A DNA stretch of 64,000 nt from the IMG/VR virus record IMGVR_UViG_3300043788_000049, positions 23,272-87,271 of that record; one strand, 5' to 3'. The position numbers and the translations under genes are program-made. This DNA comes from a virus. The notes under the pieces are model-generated. The model was not told the origin of the DNA and did not search any database. It was given only the letters and a program-made list of their open reading frames with translations. This document shows, one piece after another, positions 26,603-36,138 of the stretch; position 1 is the stretch's first letter; each line of letters begins with the position of its first letter.

Positions 26603-27199
26603 ATGTCGGACATCAACGAAGACCAGCCCCCGAAGCGCAAGCCTGGGCGCCCTCCCGGCTCCAAAAATAAAACCTCGAACGGCGCAGAAGCAGCGCCTTC
26701 AAACGGTGAGGGCCACAACATCAAGCCGCTCACCGACGAGCAAAAGCAAAAGCTCTTTTTCGAGCACGTCGCGAGCTACCAGAAGGCCCTCAAGAAATTC
26801 AAGACGGCCCAAGCTGACCTGAAAAATGTGGGCAAAGTCATCAAGGGCGAAGGCACGAATCTCGCCGATGTGAAGCTGGCGATCGCGCTCGAAGACCCAG
26901 ACCAAGAGGAAGCGCTACGCGAGCGCATCCAGTCCCAACTCAAGGTCGCGGCGTGGCTCGGCCTGCCGATCGGCTACCAAGCGGGCCTTTTCTCGGCGCT
27001 CCCCGAGGTCAGCAATTCCGATCAGCGGCATTTCGAGGATGGCAAGCGCGCCGGCCTCAAAGGCGAATCAGCCAAGCCGCCAGATCACTTCGGGCAAGCG
27101 GCGGCCGACCACTGGCTCCAGGGCTATCACGTCGGGCAGGCCGTCATCCTCGGCAAGTTCAAGAAGAAGGGCGATGGCGGCGATGAGGCTCACGCCTAA
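26603..27199 (+). CDS. AT-hook plus GapR-like protein with C-terminal RMF-like motif
   Basis: KRKPGRPPGSKNK; GHN plus GapR-like helices; FEDGKRAGLKG..P.....WLQGY..GQ. Confidence 0.6.
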   Translation: MSDINEDQPPKRKPGRPPGSKNKTSNGAEAAPSNGEGHNIKPLTDEQKQKLFFEHVASYQKALKKFKTAQADLKNVGKVIKGEGTNLADVKLAIALEDPDQEEALRERIQSQLKVAAWLGLPIGYQAGLFSALPEVSNSDQRHFEDGKRAGLKGESAKPPDHFGQAAADHWLQGYHVGQAVILGKFKKKGDGGDEAHA

Positions 27200-27602
27200 G
27201 CGCGACCTGAACCAGGAGGCCCGGGCACAGGCCGCGATCGTCGATTTCATCAGGACGGTCGCCCCGCAATGCCTCTGCATCCATATCCCCATGGGCGGTC
27301 TCCGCACGAAATCGGAGGCCGCCAAGCTCAAGTGGATGGGAGCGATGGCCGGCGTGCCCGACCTCCTCCTGGTTGACGAACATTCGCTTTGCTACTTCAT
27401 AGAAATAAAAGGGCTTGAGGGCCGCTTGAGCGAAAGCCAGCTCGCCTTCCGCGAACTCTGCCGCGCGCGCGGCTGGCCGTGGGGCATCTGCCGATCAATA
27501 GAAGACGCGCGGAATTTCCTAGCGCGCTGGAAAATAGTGAACCGCGAGGTGAAGAATGGCGAAACCGAAGCAGCTACCCAGCGCAGAATACCTGCGAACT
27601 AG
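27183..27602 (+). CDS. VRR-NUC domain nuclease
   Basis: HIPMGG, GVPDL, FIEIK..GRLSESQ. Confidence 0.88.
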   Translation: MRLTPKRDLNQEARAQAAIVDFIRTVAPQCLCIHIPMGGLRTKSEAAKLKWMGAMAGVPDLLLVDEHSLCYFIEIKGLEGRLSESQLAFRELCRARGWPWGICRSIEDARNFLARWKIVNREVKNGETEAATQRRIPAN

Positions 27603-28116
27603 GTTTAACTACGATGAAGCCACAGGCATTTTAACCTGGAAACCAATAAATGCCTTTATGGGATGGGAGTATTCTTGGAATCGACGTTGCGCGGGTAAGA
27701 TTGCTGGAGCTATCAGTCTGGGGCATTACATGGTTTCCTTGGCTGGAGTTGGCAGCGTAGGTGCTCATCGTATCATTTGGAAAATAATCCACGGCGAAGA
27801 CCCTCCGCCGATGCTTGACCACAAAAACAGAAACCCCCTCATCAATACCTTAGCAAATTTACGCCCAGCTACGGCCGAACAAAACTGCCAGAACGGGCGG
27901 CTCCGATCTGACAACACCACGGGCGCGAGGGGAGTCTATCTTCACGAAAGCGGTCGATATCGTGTCCTCATCACCGCAGCCCACAAACAACACCACATCG
28001 GTTATTTCGCCACATTAGAAGAAGCCGTTGCCGCTCGAAAAATTGCGGCCGAGAAGCTTCATGGCGAATTTGCATCTCACCTTGCAGGGGATATTCATGG
28101 GGCCAGCGCCGCTTAG
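27556..28116 (+). CDS. HNH homing endonuclease with AP2 domain
   Basis: AHRIIW, LDHKNRNPLINTLANLR, NTTGARGV, IGYFATLEEA. Confidence 0.92.
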   Translation: MAKPKQLPSAEYLRTRFNYDEATGILTWKPINAFMGWEYSWNRRCAGKIAGAISLGHYMVSLAGVGSVGAHRIIWKIIHGEDPPPMLDHKNRNPLINTLANLRPATAEQNCQNGRLRSDNTTGARGVYLHESGRYRVLITAAHKQHHIGYFATLEEAVAARKIAAEKLHGEFASHLAGDIHGASAA

Positions 28117-28328
28117 CCATAGCGCACATGTCGCCGACTATTATCGCCACCACGCATTCGCGAACCGCGAATCACCCGCCGAATATTTCCGGCTCCATCG
28201 CCACCGCCGCACCCACCTGATTCTCTCCGGGGCGCCGATTCGATTCGTCGAGAAGCAGATCAGGATGCCGCGCGAGCCATCGCGGCCTGTGGAAAACCCT
28301 TAGAAATCCGAGAGCAGACGATGGCTTA

Positions 28329-28400
28329 TTGACGGCGAGCCAAAAGCTTGCCTACAAAATGCAGATCGGGCCACTCCAGCCAGAAGTGAGCCCGATCCTG
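28329..28400 (+). promoter_or_regulatory. Promoter-like TTGACG..TACAAAAT followed by stem-loop GATCGGG...CCCGATC upstream of the replication gene
   Basis: Direct reading of 28329-28360 and 28364-28397. Confidence 0.4.
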
Positions 28401-28490
28401 GATATCAACGTGTGCGCCCGGTGACATCTTGAATAAGCTTTCACCATACTTTTATTGCGGTTTCAAGTCGGCTCGCGAGGTATTGTCCTC

Positions 28491-29315
28491 GTGAGTTTCG
28501 ATCCAACCCTTATTGCCGATCTCGTTCGATCTGGCACAGACCCCGATCTGATCGCCAGAGTAGCCGCGGCACTGACGGCCTTTCCAGTGTGCAGCGCAAT
28601 AGCACCCGTTAGCGAACGGGAGCAAGCTACAGATGATGACCGGCAAAAAGTGCGGCGCGAGGCTGCAGCAAAACGTCAGGCGCGGTGTCGGGAGCGCCGC
28701 CGAGAGGCCGAGAGAGGGGCCCTCACAGCGTTACTTTTGCGTGACGCAGAGCGTGACGTCACGCGTGACAAAGCGTTACTTTTGCGTGACGTCACGCCCC
28801 CCGAAGCCTCGCGTGCGCGCGCGTTCTCTGTTGTCGAAGAAGAAGATAATTACCCCCCAGGTGCTTCGCACCTCCCTACCCCCACGAAAGAACTCAGCGT
28901 GACAAGCGTGACTATTCCTGACAACTCTGTTGACCTTTTTGGAGACAAACTAAAGTCGAAGGCCCTCATCAGAGCCGAGGGTAATCAAGCCCTGCTCGAT
29001 CGCATCACAGGCTTGTGGAACGCTTGGGCGGTGCAACATGGATCACCGCAGGTCCAAGGCTTGACCAAAGCGCGTGGCGTCCATTGCCGGCGGCGCATTG
29101 CCGATTTGATGGAATTTGGGCCAAAGACACCAGAGGAAGCTTTCAAATTCCTGCTCACAAAATGCGATCAATCTTTTTTTGCGCATGGCGCATCGAGAGC
29201 GCCGCTGAAATTCAATCAGCTAATGCGAGAAGACTTCATGATCGAAATGATCGAAGACGGTTTTATTTACAGAAAGCCGAACGGAGAAAAAAAATGGTCA
29301 AACGGAAAGATCTGA
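28491..29315 (+). CDS. Putative phage replication initiator
   Basis: RQARCRERRR basic helix, internal iterons, C-terminal WN..A....L...R domain; position in replication module. Confidence 0.65.
   Translation: MSFDPTLIADLVRSGTDPDLIARVAAALTAFPVCSAIAPVSEREQATDDDRQKVRREAAAKRQARCRERRREAERGALTALLLRDAERDVTRDKALLLRDVTPPEASRARAFSVVEEEDNYPPGASHLPTPTKELSVTSVTIPDNSVDLFGDKLKSKALIRAEGNQALLDRITGLWNAWAVQHGSPQVQGLTKARGVHCRRRIADLMEFGPKTPEEAFKFLLTKCDQSFFAHGASRAPLKFNQLMREDFMIEMIEDGFIYRKPNGEKKWSNGKI
28727..28796. repeat. Iteron-like repeats (candidate origin)
   Basis: AGCGTTACTTTTGCGTGACG at 28727 and 28772; palindrome CGTGACGTCACG at 28752 and 28785. Confidence 0.75.
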
Positions 29316-29884
29316 CGGTCATCGCAGGGGGCGGCGGCGTAGGTTCGGGCCCGACGACGAAGGGGAATTATCAGGCGCGCGCCTTGGAGTTCATTAAGAC
29401 GAGGGGCCTTGGCAAGGGCTTCGTGATCCGCACCGCATATCCGCTGGGCGAGCCGTCGAAGTGGCCTGTCAGGGATTTCCCGATGACCGAGGCGCAATGG
29501 AACGCTTGGATGATTTATCTGGCGCGGATTAATTTCAAAACGCATTTCGTTCGGTCGCAGGGCTTGATGACGGTGCCGGCGGAGTGGCCCGAAGAATTTG
29601 ATTCTGACGCGCCACTGAGTGACCGGGATTATCGACCGCTACCGAAGCCGTCCAGGGACTATCGGCCAGAAATTGCCAGGATGATGAAGGAGCTTGCCGC
29701 CTCGATCCAGTCCACAGCGGACGAGCGCCGGGCCGCAGCGAATCCACCGAGGACGCCCGAGCAGCACGAAGCGCATCTGGCGGCCTTGAGAACTAAATAT
29801 TACGACAAGCCTATCACCGAGCCGCTCCACCCGGCGATGCTCAAGCGGCCACCGGAGGCCGACTTTCCGGTCGAGGGGATTTAA
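29294..29884 (+). CDS. Hypothetical protein downstream of the initiator
   Basis: GGAG RBS, overlaps rep stop. Confidence 0.6.
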   Translation: MVKRKDLTVIAGGGGVGSGPTTKGNYQARALEFIKTRGLGKGFVIRTAYPLGEPSKWPVRDFPMTEAQWNAWMIYLARINFKTHFVRSQGLMTVPAEWPEEFDSDAPLSDRDYRPLPKPSRDYRPEIARMMKELAASIQSTADERRAAANPPRTPEQHEAHLAALRTKYYDKPITEPLHPAMLKRPPEADFPVEGI

Positions 29885-30096
29885 TGCCTGTGCTTCCGGT
29901 CCCGCCATCCCTTACCCAAGGGCTTCTTGAACCGGAAGGGCCATTCCTCCGCGCGGAGTTTGCGACGCCGTATCCCGCCAACCCAAGTAGTAAGGCCGAT
30001 GACGAGCATCACCAGGGCCATGAGGATGATAGCGAGCACGGCGCCCCCAGGATCAACAGGGGCGCTCACTGGCGGCAAGGTGACTTCGGTGGTCAT
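29881..30096 (-). CDS. Small membrane protein
   Basis: One TM helix, basic C-terminus. Confidence 0.55.
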   Translation of the reverse strand: MTTEVTLPPVSAPVDPGGAVLAIILMALVMLVIGLTTWVGGIRRRKLRAEEWPFRFKKPLGKGWRDRKHRH

Positions 30097-30101
30097 CGAC
30101 C

Positions 30102-30479
30102 CTACTGCGCGCCCTCGTGCGGGCCTCCGTCGATCTTATTGAGGCGCTGGAGCACGGTCTCCCAATGCTTCTTGTTGTCCGCCGCTTCGAGGGTCCGCTG
30201 GGCCTGCACGGCGCTTAGGGTCTGGGAGAGCGTCGCGAAGTTAGAGCTAAGGCTATTCAGGTGGACCTTCATGCCCTGATCGGGATCGGCGATGGTTGTT
30301 ATGACTTGATTGATGGCCTTCCCGTGGTCTGCAAGGGTCGTCTTCTGATCCTGTTGGGTCCATTGGATTTGGGACAGGGAGATGTCGTGGTCGTGGGTTT
30401 CTTTCACGATCCAGAGGACGCCGGATGCGATGACCGTCGTGGCAATGCCCGAGACGATCTTGCCAACGCTGATGTCCAT
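30102..30479 (-). CDS. TM plus coiled-coil protein (lysis-region)
   Basis: N-terminal TM helix and heptads. Confidence 0.6.
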   Translation of the reverse strand: MDISVGKIVSGIATTVIASGVLWIVKETHDHDISLSQIQWTQQDQKTTLADHGKAINQVITTIADPDQGMKVHLNSLSSNFATLSQTLSAVQAQRTLEAADNKKHWETVLQRLNKIDGGPHEGAQ

Positions 30480-30486
30480 TTGCCCC

Positions 30487-31077
30487 TCACGGATGCCGTG
30501 TGAAAACTTCAAAGGTCATGACCAGCGCGTAGATTAGCCCACCGGCGCCGATAATGTAACCCCAGAGGTCGCCCCGGCCCGCGCCGCGCGCCTCTATCAC
30601 CGTGAGGCGATCCTTCATGTCGTCGATGACCGACGTCAGCCCATCCACCTGCTTGGTGAACAACTGCTCAGTCTTTGTGATCGAATCCTTGGTGTTGTCG
30701 TTCTGAAGATCAACCAAAGTCTGGGCGGCTTTCAGCGCCGCATCGAGGGCCGTCTGCTTATAGGTGTCGGATTGAGTGAGGCGTGTCCCAAGCTCGGTGA
30801 ACCGGGTCCCGACGCCGACGAACTTTTCCTCATGAAGTAGCTTAAGGCTCTCGATCTTTGCCTCAGTCAGGTCACTGACATTCTTGGCCGCGATGTCGAC
30901 GTGCCGCGTGATCGTAATTTCCACGTCCTTGCTGATCTTCTCCATAGAATCGAGACGAACTTCTAGCTTCTCCCGGAGGGCGTTTGTGGCCTTCTCGACC
31001 AGCTCGTTGGTGAGCGTCGTCGGGTCGGGGATCGGCCGGACGATCATGTTCGGCGCGTCGTTGGCGGCGGCCATCAA
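30487..31077 (-). CDS. Coiled-coil protein with C-terminal TM helix
   Basis: PIPDPTTLT, ALDAALKAA, DDMKDRLTVIE..G, C-terminal TM. Confidence 0.7.
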   Translation of the reverse strand: MMAAANDAPNMIVRPIPDPTTLTNELVEKATNALREKLEVRLDSMEKISKDVEITITRHVDIAAKNVSDLTEAKIESLKLLHEEKFVGVGTRFTELGTRLTQSDTYKQTALDAALKAAQTLVDLQNDNTKDSITKTEQLFTKQVDGLTSVIDDMKDRLTVIEARGAGRGDLWGYIIGAGGLIYALVMTFEVFTRHP

Positions 31078-31217
31078 ATCCTCCCCGTTATGGCGAGGAT
31101 GATGACCACGACCAGGATAACGCCGACGAGGCTTAGGCCGCCGCCAACGCCAGCCCCGACATAGCCGAAGCCGCCAAAGATAACGATCAGCAGGAGAAGG
31201 ATGAGGAGGAGGGGCAT
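31074..31217 (-). CDS. DUF3309-like small Gly-rich membrane protein (not in ORF track)
   Basis: MPLLLILLLLIVIFGGFGYVGAGVGGGLSLVGVILVVVIILAITGRI. Confidence 0.65.
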   Translation of the reverse strand: MPLLLILLLLIVIFGGFGYVGAGVGGGLSLVGVILVVVIILAITGRI

Positions 31218-31506
31218 GTTATTGCAGGAGCCTCCCCGCCGTCTCAACGAGGATCACGCCGATGAAGCCCAGGAAGAAAGCCAGGATGCCGCTGGCGAAC
31301 CGATCAATCATGGCCGTCTCCTTCGCGGCTCAAAGGCCCATTCCATCAACGCCTTCTTCAACCTACGCCATTCCCGCACGTCTGCGTTCCGGGGGTTCGC
31401 CCTGGCTATGTCCTCCACGCTCTTACCGGGTTCTATGAAGGCAACGCGGCGCGCGGCCGCCTTCGCCTGCTCAATCAGGATGACGCGACGCCGTCGATGG
31501 GCGTCG

Positions 31507-31770
31507 TCACCCAAGCAATGTCGCAGCTCCAAGGGGGAAGAGTTGGACTAGATGCACACACTCGATCAGCATGAAGAAGACGACGATGATCGCGATGATC
31601 ACCGCTCCCCAGATCAAGATGTTGATCGCCCCCATCACAAGGCCGCCGGACGCGCCGAGCGCCGAGAGGATGGTCGGGAGAACCAGCTTGACGAACGCCA
31701 CAACCATGCAAACGACCACGAGCACGATCAGAATATGCTCGATCCAAGAGAGTGATGCACAGCCGCCCAT
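31507..31770 (-). CDS. Two-TM membrane protein
   Basis: Two hydrophobic helices; AAGGA RBS. Confidence 0.65.
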   Translation of the reverse strand: MGGCASLSWIEHILIVLVVVCMVVAFVKLVLPTILSALGASGGLVMGAINILIWGAVIIAIIVVFFMLIECVHLVQLFPLGAATLLG

Positions 31771-31786
31771 GGCAGTTGTCCTTCTG

Positions 31787-31987
31787 TTACTTCTGGCCCG
31801 GCCTCGGTTCGCTTGGCCCAGGCTTGAAGGTCGAAAACCAAGTCTTCAGACGCCCGGCTGAAGCGTCGAGCGCCGCGTCAACATGAGCCAGGGCGTCGGC
31901 GCCCTTGTTCAGGCCCGCGACCAAATCCGCTCGGAGCGCGGCAAGCTCCGCATCGATCTTCGCCATCGCCGTAGTGTGGTCGGTCAT
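31787..31987 (-). CDS. Small helical hypothetical protein
   Basis: Packed ORF with RBS. Confidence 0.55.
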   Translation of the reverse strand: MTDHTTAMAKIDAELAALRADLVAGLNKGADALAHVDAALDASAGRLKTWFSTFKPGPSEPRPGQK

Positions 31988-31990
31988 CGC

Positions 31991-32326
31991 TCACGGTCCC
32001 TTTGCTGGCGGCGTTGAGGCCGCAGCCACCGCCGAATTGAGCGCCGTCACCTGCGTGTTGATCTGCTGCACAATCGCTTCGACGGCAGCGTCGGGGGTCC
32101 CAGCCGTCGCGGCGCCCAACTGAGTGAGGAGAGACGAGATTTCCGTCGTGGCGCTCGTGATCGCCGTGGTGAGAGAGGCCATGGAAGCCTGGAGGTCGGT
32201 AAGAGCGGACATGATGGCAGTTCCTTGCTTGATGAGAAGCGCGAGAGAAGCCGAAATATTCTTCTGGCCCGCCAGAATGGCGTTCAGTTGTTGGTAGGTG
32301 GAGGGCCCGAAGCCGTCGTCACTCAT
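31991..32326 (-). CDS. Ala/Thr-rich coiled-coil protein
   Basis: IMSALTDLQAS...; heptad pattern. Confidence 0.65.
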   Translation of the reverse strand: MSDDGFGPSTYQQLNAILAGQKNISASLALLIKQGTAIMSALTDLQASMASLTTAITSATTEISSLLTQLGAATAGTPDAAVEAIVQQINTQVTALNSAVAAASTPPAKGP

Positions 32327-32386
32327 CCCATTGGTATACGCTAAAGTTCTGGAGAACCCAAGACGGTCGTATACCTACGGAGATAC

Positions 32387-33157
32387 TCAGACCGAGAGCT
32401 GGCCGCCGCCCATCGCCTGATAGGCTGCGACGATCTGGGCATAGGCAAGTTTGTTCGGGGCTGCGCCATTTGCTGCAATCCAATCCTTGGAAAGAATGCA
32501 ATAGCTTTCCTCGACATAGGTGTCCCACCACGCCCAAGTAAGTTGCTTAAGGCCGCCCCATGTGATGCAGGTAAGGCCGCGAAGAGTATATGAAATCGTC
32601 AAAAAACAATGTCCCCCCCATGAGCCGGGTTTGCCTCTGCCGACAGGACCGCCAGCCGGGACATCCCAAACATCCTGTGTTTGAGCCGAAAGCGGCATGG
32701 CAGCCCCGGTATAGACGCCGCCGAAAATTTCGATCCCATCCCTCACGCTTTCCTGGTTTTCAGGAGCCACGGCGACAAAGGCATCCGGCTTATGGCCCGC
32801 TAGACCGTTTTTGACCCACCACGTCAAAACATCTGCGCAGACACCGCCAACGTCCGATGTCGGATCGGAGGGGTCGTAACCACAGGATGCCTCATACATG
32901 GTCTCAACGGAAATGTCGGGCGGAGTAAATTCGGAACTAGCATTTAATGTCCAGACTTGTTCCTGGTGGCCAGCAGCAGCGCAGGTGCAATCACTGATTC
33001 GGTCGTTCAGGAGGACTCCCCAACTCGTCACGTCACGCGACCAATCGCAAACGTCCGGAGCCAGTGGAAGTTTTGCCGTATATGCCGATAGCAATGGCAA
33101 TCCTGGTAGCGGTTTCACTGGCAGGCGGCCGAGTTTCATCGCAGAATGGTCAGCCAT
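32387..33157 (-). CDS. Papain-like (C1-type) cysteine protease
   Basis: NDRISDCTCAAAGH (Cys), WGGHC (His), ITWG. Confidence 0.72.
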   Translation of the reverse strand: MADHSAMKLGRLPVKPLPGLPLLSAYTAKLPLAPDVCDWSRDVTSWGVLLNDRISDCTCAAAGHQEQVWTLNASSEFTPPDISVETMYEASCGYDPSDPTSDVGGVCADVLTWWVKNGLAGHKPDAFVAVAPENQESVRDGIEIFGGVYTGAAMPLSAQTQDVWDVPAGGPVGRGKPGSWGGHCFLTISYTLRGLTCITWGGLKQLTWAWWDTYVEESYCILSKDWIAANGAAPNKLAYAQIVAAYQAMGGGQLSV

Positions 33158-33252
33158 TGAATTTCTCCCAAGCCCTATGTTAAAAATGACGGAGCCGTAG
33201 GACGCGCTAACGCCCAACGGCTCCTTGACACTGAGCCTTCGTGAGAGGTCCA

Positions 33253-33855
33253 ATGCCATCCCTCAAAATATGCTCGATCCAAGGCTGCAGCAAACGCGTT
33301 GCGGGACGCGGATGGTGTATGACCCACTATTCCCGCTGGCGCATCAATGGCGATCCCCTGATCGTCCATTGCGTGATACCCCCAAAGGAAGCCGTTAAGC
33401 AATTCTTCGAAAAAGCGCTTTCTTATTGCGGCGAAGAATGCCTGATTTGGCCCTACAGTCGCGATCGGATGGGCTATGCGACAATGCACCGAGGCAAAGA
33501 AGCGCCCAACAATACCTGTTTTGTTTCCCGGCGTATTTGTTATGCAGTTCATGGGGCACCCCCAACGCCCAAGCACGAGGCCGCTCATTCGTGTGGCAAA
33601 GGTGGCCTTGGGTGCATCGCCCCGTTGCATTTGAGATGGGCGACGCACCGGGAAAATGTCCACGACGGGTTTATCCACGGCACCATAGGTCGCGGGGAGA
33701 CCCATCGCGGAGCCAAGCTTACCGACGCTGCGGTGAGGGAAATACGGTTGCTCGCTCCAGTGCTCACACATAAAGAAATTGCTCGGCGTTTCGGCGTAGC
33801 GGCCGCAACCATTGATTACGTGGTATGCCGCAGGACTTGGCGTCACGTCCTCTGA
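33253..33855 (+). CDS. HNH/His-Cys-box-like homing endonuclease, opposite strand
   Basis: CSIQGC..RGWCMTHY; CLIWPY; EAAHSCG..GCIAPLHLRWAT..EN; C-terminal HTH. Confidence 0.85.
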   Translation: MPSLKICSIQGCSKRVAGRGWCMTHYSRWRINGDPLIVHCVIPPKEAVKQFFEKALSYCGEECLIWPYSRDRMGYATMHRGKEAPNNTCFVSRRICYAVHGAPPTPKHEAAHSCGKGGLGCIAPLHLRWATHRENVHDGFIHGTIGRGETHRGAKLTDAAVREIRLLAPVLTHKEIARRFGVAAATIDYVVCRRTWRHVL

Positions 33856-34069
33856 TTCCTAGAAACCGGGCGGCGACGGAGGCTTGGTCTACGTAGTCCG
33901 CGGCCATCCGCGTCACTCATATTGTCACCCGCAGCCCAAATCTTGAACAGCCGCTCCCAGCGGTCGAACGCCTCGTCCCTGTTAACGTTGCGCCGGTGGC
34001 ACATTAGCCAGCCGGCGCAGAAGGAAAACAAAGCGGTGACCGGCAGGAACGCCCAGACCCAGCCGCACA

Positions 34070-34477
34070 TCACGCAATCGGCGGGAAGCCGCAGGCTTTA
34101 ATGAACGCGATGGCCCCGGCATAGCCGGCCGCGCTGATCGCCGCGATCGTATCGGAGTTCTCGAACGAGGCTCCGGTCACGACTATCTCCGAGGAATAGG
34201 TCGGAGGGGTTGTCGCCGCCGCCGCGAGCTTGATCATGGTGTGTGGCTTGAGCCACAGCATCCCGGCCGCATCCGCCGAGAGGACCATCCCGTCCGGGCT
34301 CGCCATGCAGTTCGAGAGCGTGATCGCCGTATTGTGGTCGGCGGGATTGTCTGGGTCCGAACCAGCATCCCAGATGCGCGTCTGGACTGCCAAGCTCGTC
34401 GGCCCGCTCTGCATAAGGGTGACTTTGTTGAGCGCCCCCGACACGACCGAGACGATGGTAAACATATTGACGGCCAT
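34070..34477 (-). CDS. Hypothetical protein
   Basis: GGGAG RBS, 135 aa. Confidence 0.6.
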   Translation of the reverse strand: MAVNMFTIVSVVSGALNKVTLMQSGPTSLAVQTRIWDAGSDPDNPADHNTAITLSNCMASPDGMVLSADAAGMLWLKPHTMIKLAAAATTPPTYSSEIVVTGASFENSDTIAAISAAGYAGAIAFIKACGFPPIA

Positions 34478-34491
34478 TGCGGTGCTCCCTG

Positions 34492-34890
34492 TCAGACCCG
34501 CGTTCCGTGGATGACAATTTGCTTATTGTTGATCGTGACGACCGGGAGCGGCAGCCCGCGGCGGCGCGCGCTGGCGGTGGTCGCCGGGGTGGCGTTGACC
34601 GCATCGCAGATGACCTTGGCGACCGCCTCGACGGGCACGATGACGGTGCCGGCGGGGCCATAGGCGGCAAGGACGGCGGCGACGCTCTCGATGGTCGGCA
34701 GGAAGCTACAGCCCGCAACGACGGCCGAGCGCACCGAGTTGATGAACGCCGTGACGTCCTGCTGGACGACAGGCGGCACGCCGCCAGCGCAAGCGGCAAG
34801 GCTGAGGGCCGCGGCGACCGGCAGGGCGTTGACCAGTCCCCGGAGGGCGAGCGATCCGGCGAAGATCGGGATAGCAATGGCCTTCTGCAT
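34492..34890 (-). CDS. Lipoprotein (possible spanin/lysis accessory)
   Basis: Lipobox LAAC; directly downstream of the holin. Confidence 0.55.
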   Translation of the reverse strand: MQKAIAIPIFAGSLALRGLVNALPVAAALSLAACAGGVPPVVQQDVTAFINSVRSAVVAGCSFLPTIESVAAVLAAYGPAGTVIVPVEAVAKVICDAVNATPATTASARRRGLPLPVVTINNKQIVIHGTRV

Positions 34891-34891
34891 G

Positions 34892-35269
34892 TCAGGCTCC
34901 CTTCTTGAGCTGCGCGGTTCCGCTGACGTTGCCGCTGACCACAACATTGTCGGTGATGAAGTCCGAGGCCGTGACGACCTTGTCGTTGTCGTTGTGGGCC
35001 GCATTGTTGGCGACCGCAGGCGTGGTGATGACGCTCACAACTCCAGGCGCGTGGCTGGCGGCCGTGATGACGGCGTCCGGCGTGTGCTGGTAGGACTTGT
35101 AGCGCTCGATCACGAAGCCGACGATCAGCATGATGATGGTGCCGAAGGCCGCGGTCGTCGAATCGAGGTCCGGCGAAGTGACGATGCCCTTGCTGACGAG
35201 CCAAGCGGCGACTGCGCCGGCAAGCCACATGGCTGCGCTGGTGACGGTGCTCTTAAGCTGCGGGTCCAT
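34892..35269 (-). CDS. Putative holin
   Basis: Two TM helices (..AWLVSKGIV..); close to the endolysin. Confidence 0.65.
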   Translation of the reverse strand: MDPQLKSTVTSAAMWLAGAVAAWLVSKGIVTSPDLDSTTAAFGTIIMLIVGFVIERYKSYQHTPDAVITAASHAPGVVSVITTPAVANNAAHNDNDKVVTASDFITDNVVVSGNVSGTAQLKKGA

Positions 35270-35419
35270 TGGGTGTTCCTTTTGGTTTTTTCCATGCTCC
35301 TGGTGGAAAAGAAGGAAGGCTAAAGAACGGCCAGTTTTTCCACCAAAGCACAAGTCGCCAAGGCCATTTGAACGCATACAGTCGAACACCTAACGGGCCA
35401 ATACCGAAACCGGGCGTTG

Positions 35420-35665
35420 TCATTCCACTCTCCAAATACGGACGCCTTCTTTAAGCTTTCGCGTCGTGAACTTGCGGCCGGTCTCGCGCGTGATCGCAGT
35501 CGCGAACGCGCTCAGGTTATGCTGGGTCCTCTCCGGGAATAGCACGCTGTCGCCTATTTCCATATCCCGCAAGATAGAGCGTTCCTGCGAGGGCGCGGGG
35601 ATCGGGACCCCCTTCTCGATCTCTGGGGCAGCGAACAACGCCTTATGGTTCAGGAAATCTGGCAC
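35420..35665 (-). CDS. Small DNA-binding-like phage protein
   Basis: IEKGVPIP..MEIGDS...RKFTTR...GVRIWRV. Confidence 0.65.
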   Translation of the reverse strand: MPDFLNHKALFAAPEIEKGVPIPAPSQERSILRDMEIGDSVLFPERTQHNLSAFATAITRETGRKFTTRKLKEGVRIWRVE

Positions 35666-35673
35666 ATGGTTCC

Positions 35674-36138
35674 TTAAAGGGTCTGGTCAAACTGTTTCAG
35701 GTTACTCGTTTGGATAATGTTAAGCAATTCAGCGGCATAGTGAATGTCCGTCGCATAGCCGCAGTCGTGGAGGGCCTGACAATACGCCTCGACGGTCGGG
35801 GCGTCGATGCAGAGCTGGTAGTGCGGTGTCACCAGCAGCGCCGCGTGCGCGTCGAAGCCCGCCTCGACCGTCGAGTAGTTCGCGAAGTTCTGCCATATCG
35901 CATAGACATGGCCGGAAGGCGTCTGCTCCTTGGTCATGCGCCGGGTGTAGTCGCCCGCCGCAACCTGCGCCACCGTGGCCTTGATCCCGAAGTAGTTGTT
36001 CGCCCCCGATGCGTATTTCCCCCATCCGCTCTCTAGCGCCCATTGCGCGATCGTGACCGAAACGAATGGGCCCCGCGGCCAGAACGTCTTGTGAGAGGCT
36101 TGGGCGGCCTCGATGATCTCGGCGGGAATGTCTGTCAT
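35674..36138 (-). CDS. Endolysin, GH73 glucosaminidase (FlgJ-like)
   Basis: AQWALESGWG, NNYFGIKA, GYATD..YA..L. Confidence 0.9.
   Translation of the reverse strand: MTDIPAEIIEAAQASHKTFWPRGPFVSVTIAQWALESGWGKYASGANNYFGIKATVAQVAAGDYTRRMTKEQTPSGHVYAIWQNFANYSTVEAGFDAHAALLVTPHYQLCIDAPTVEAYCQALHDCGYATDIHYAAELLNIIQTSNLKQFDQTL

Noticed and set aside
34098-35228. 376-aa alternate-frame ORF and many similar Arg-rich or antisense ORFs in the track
   Set aside because: Shadow ORFs of GC-rich genes, lacking RBS and motifs, overlapping better-supported genes
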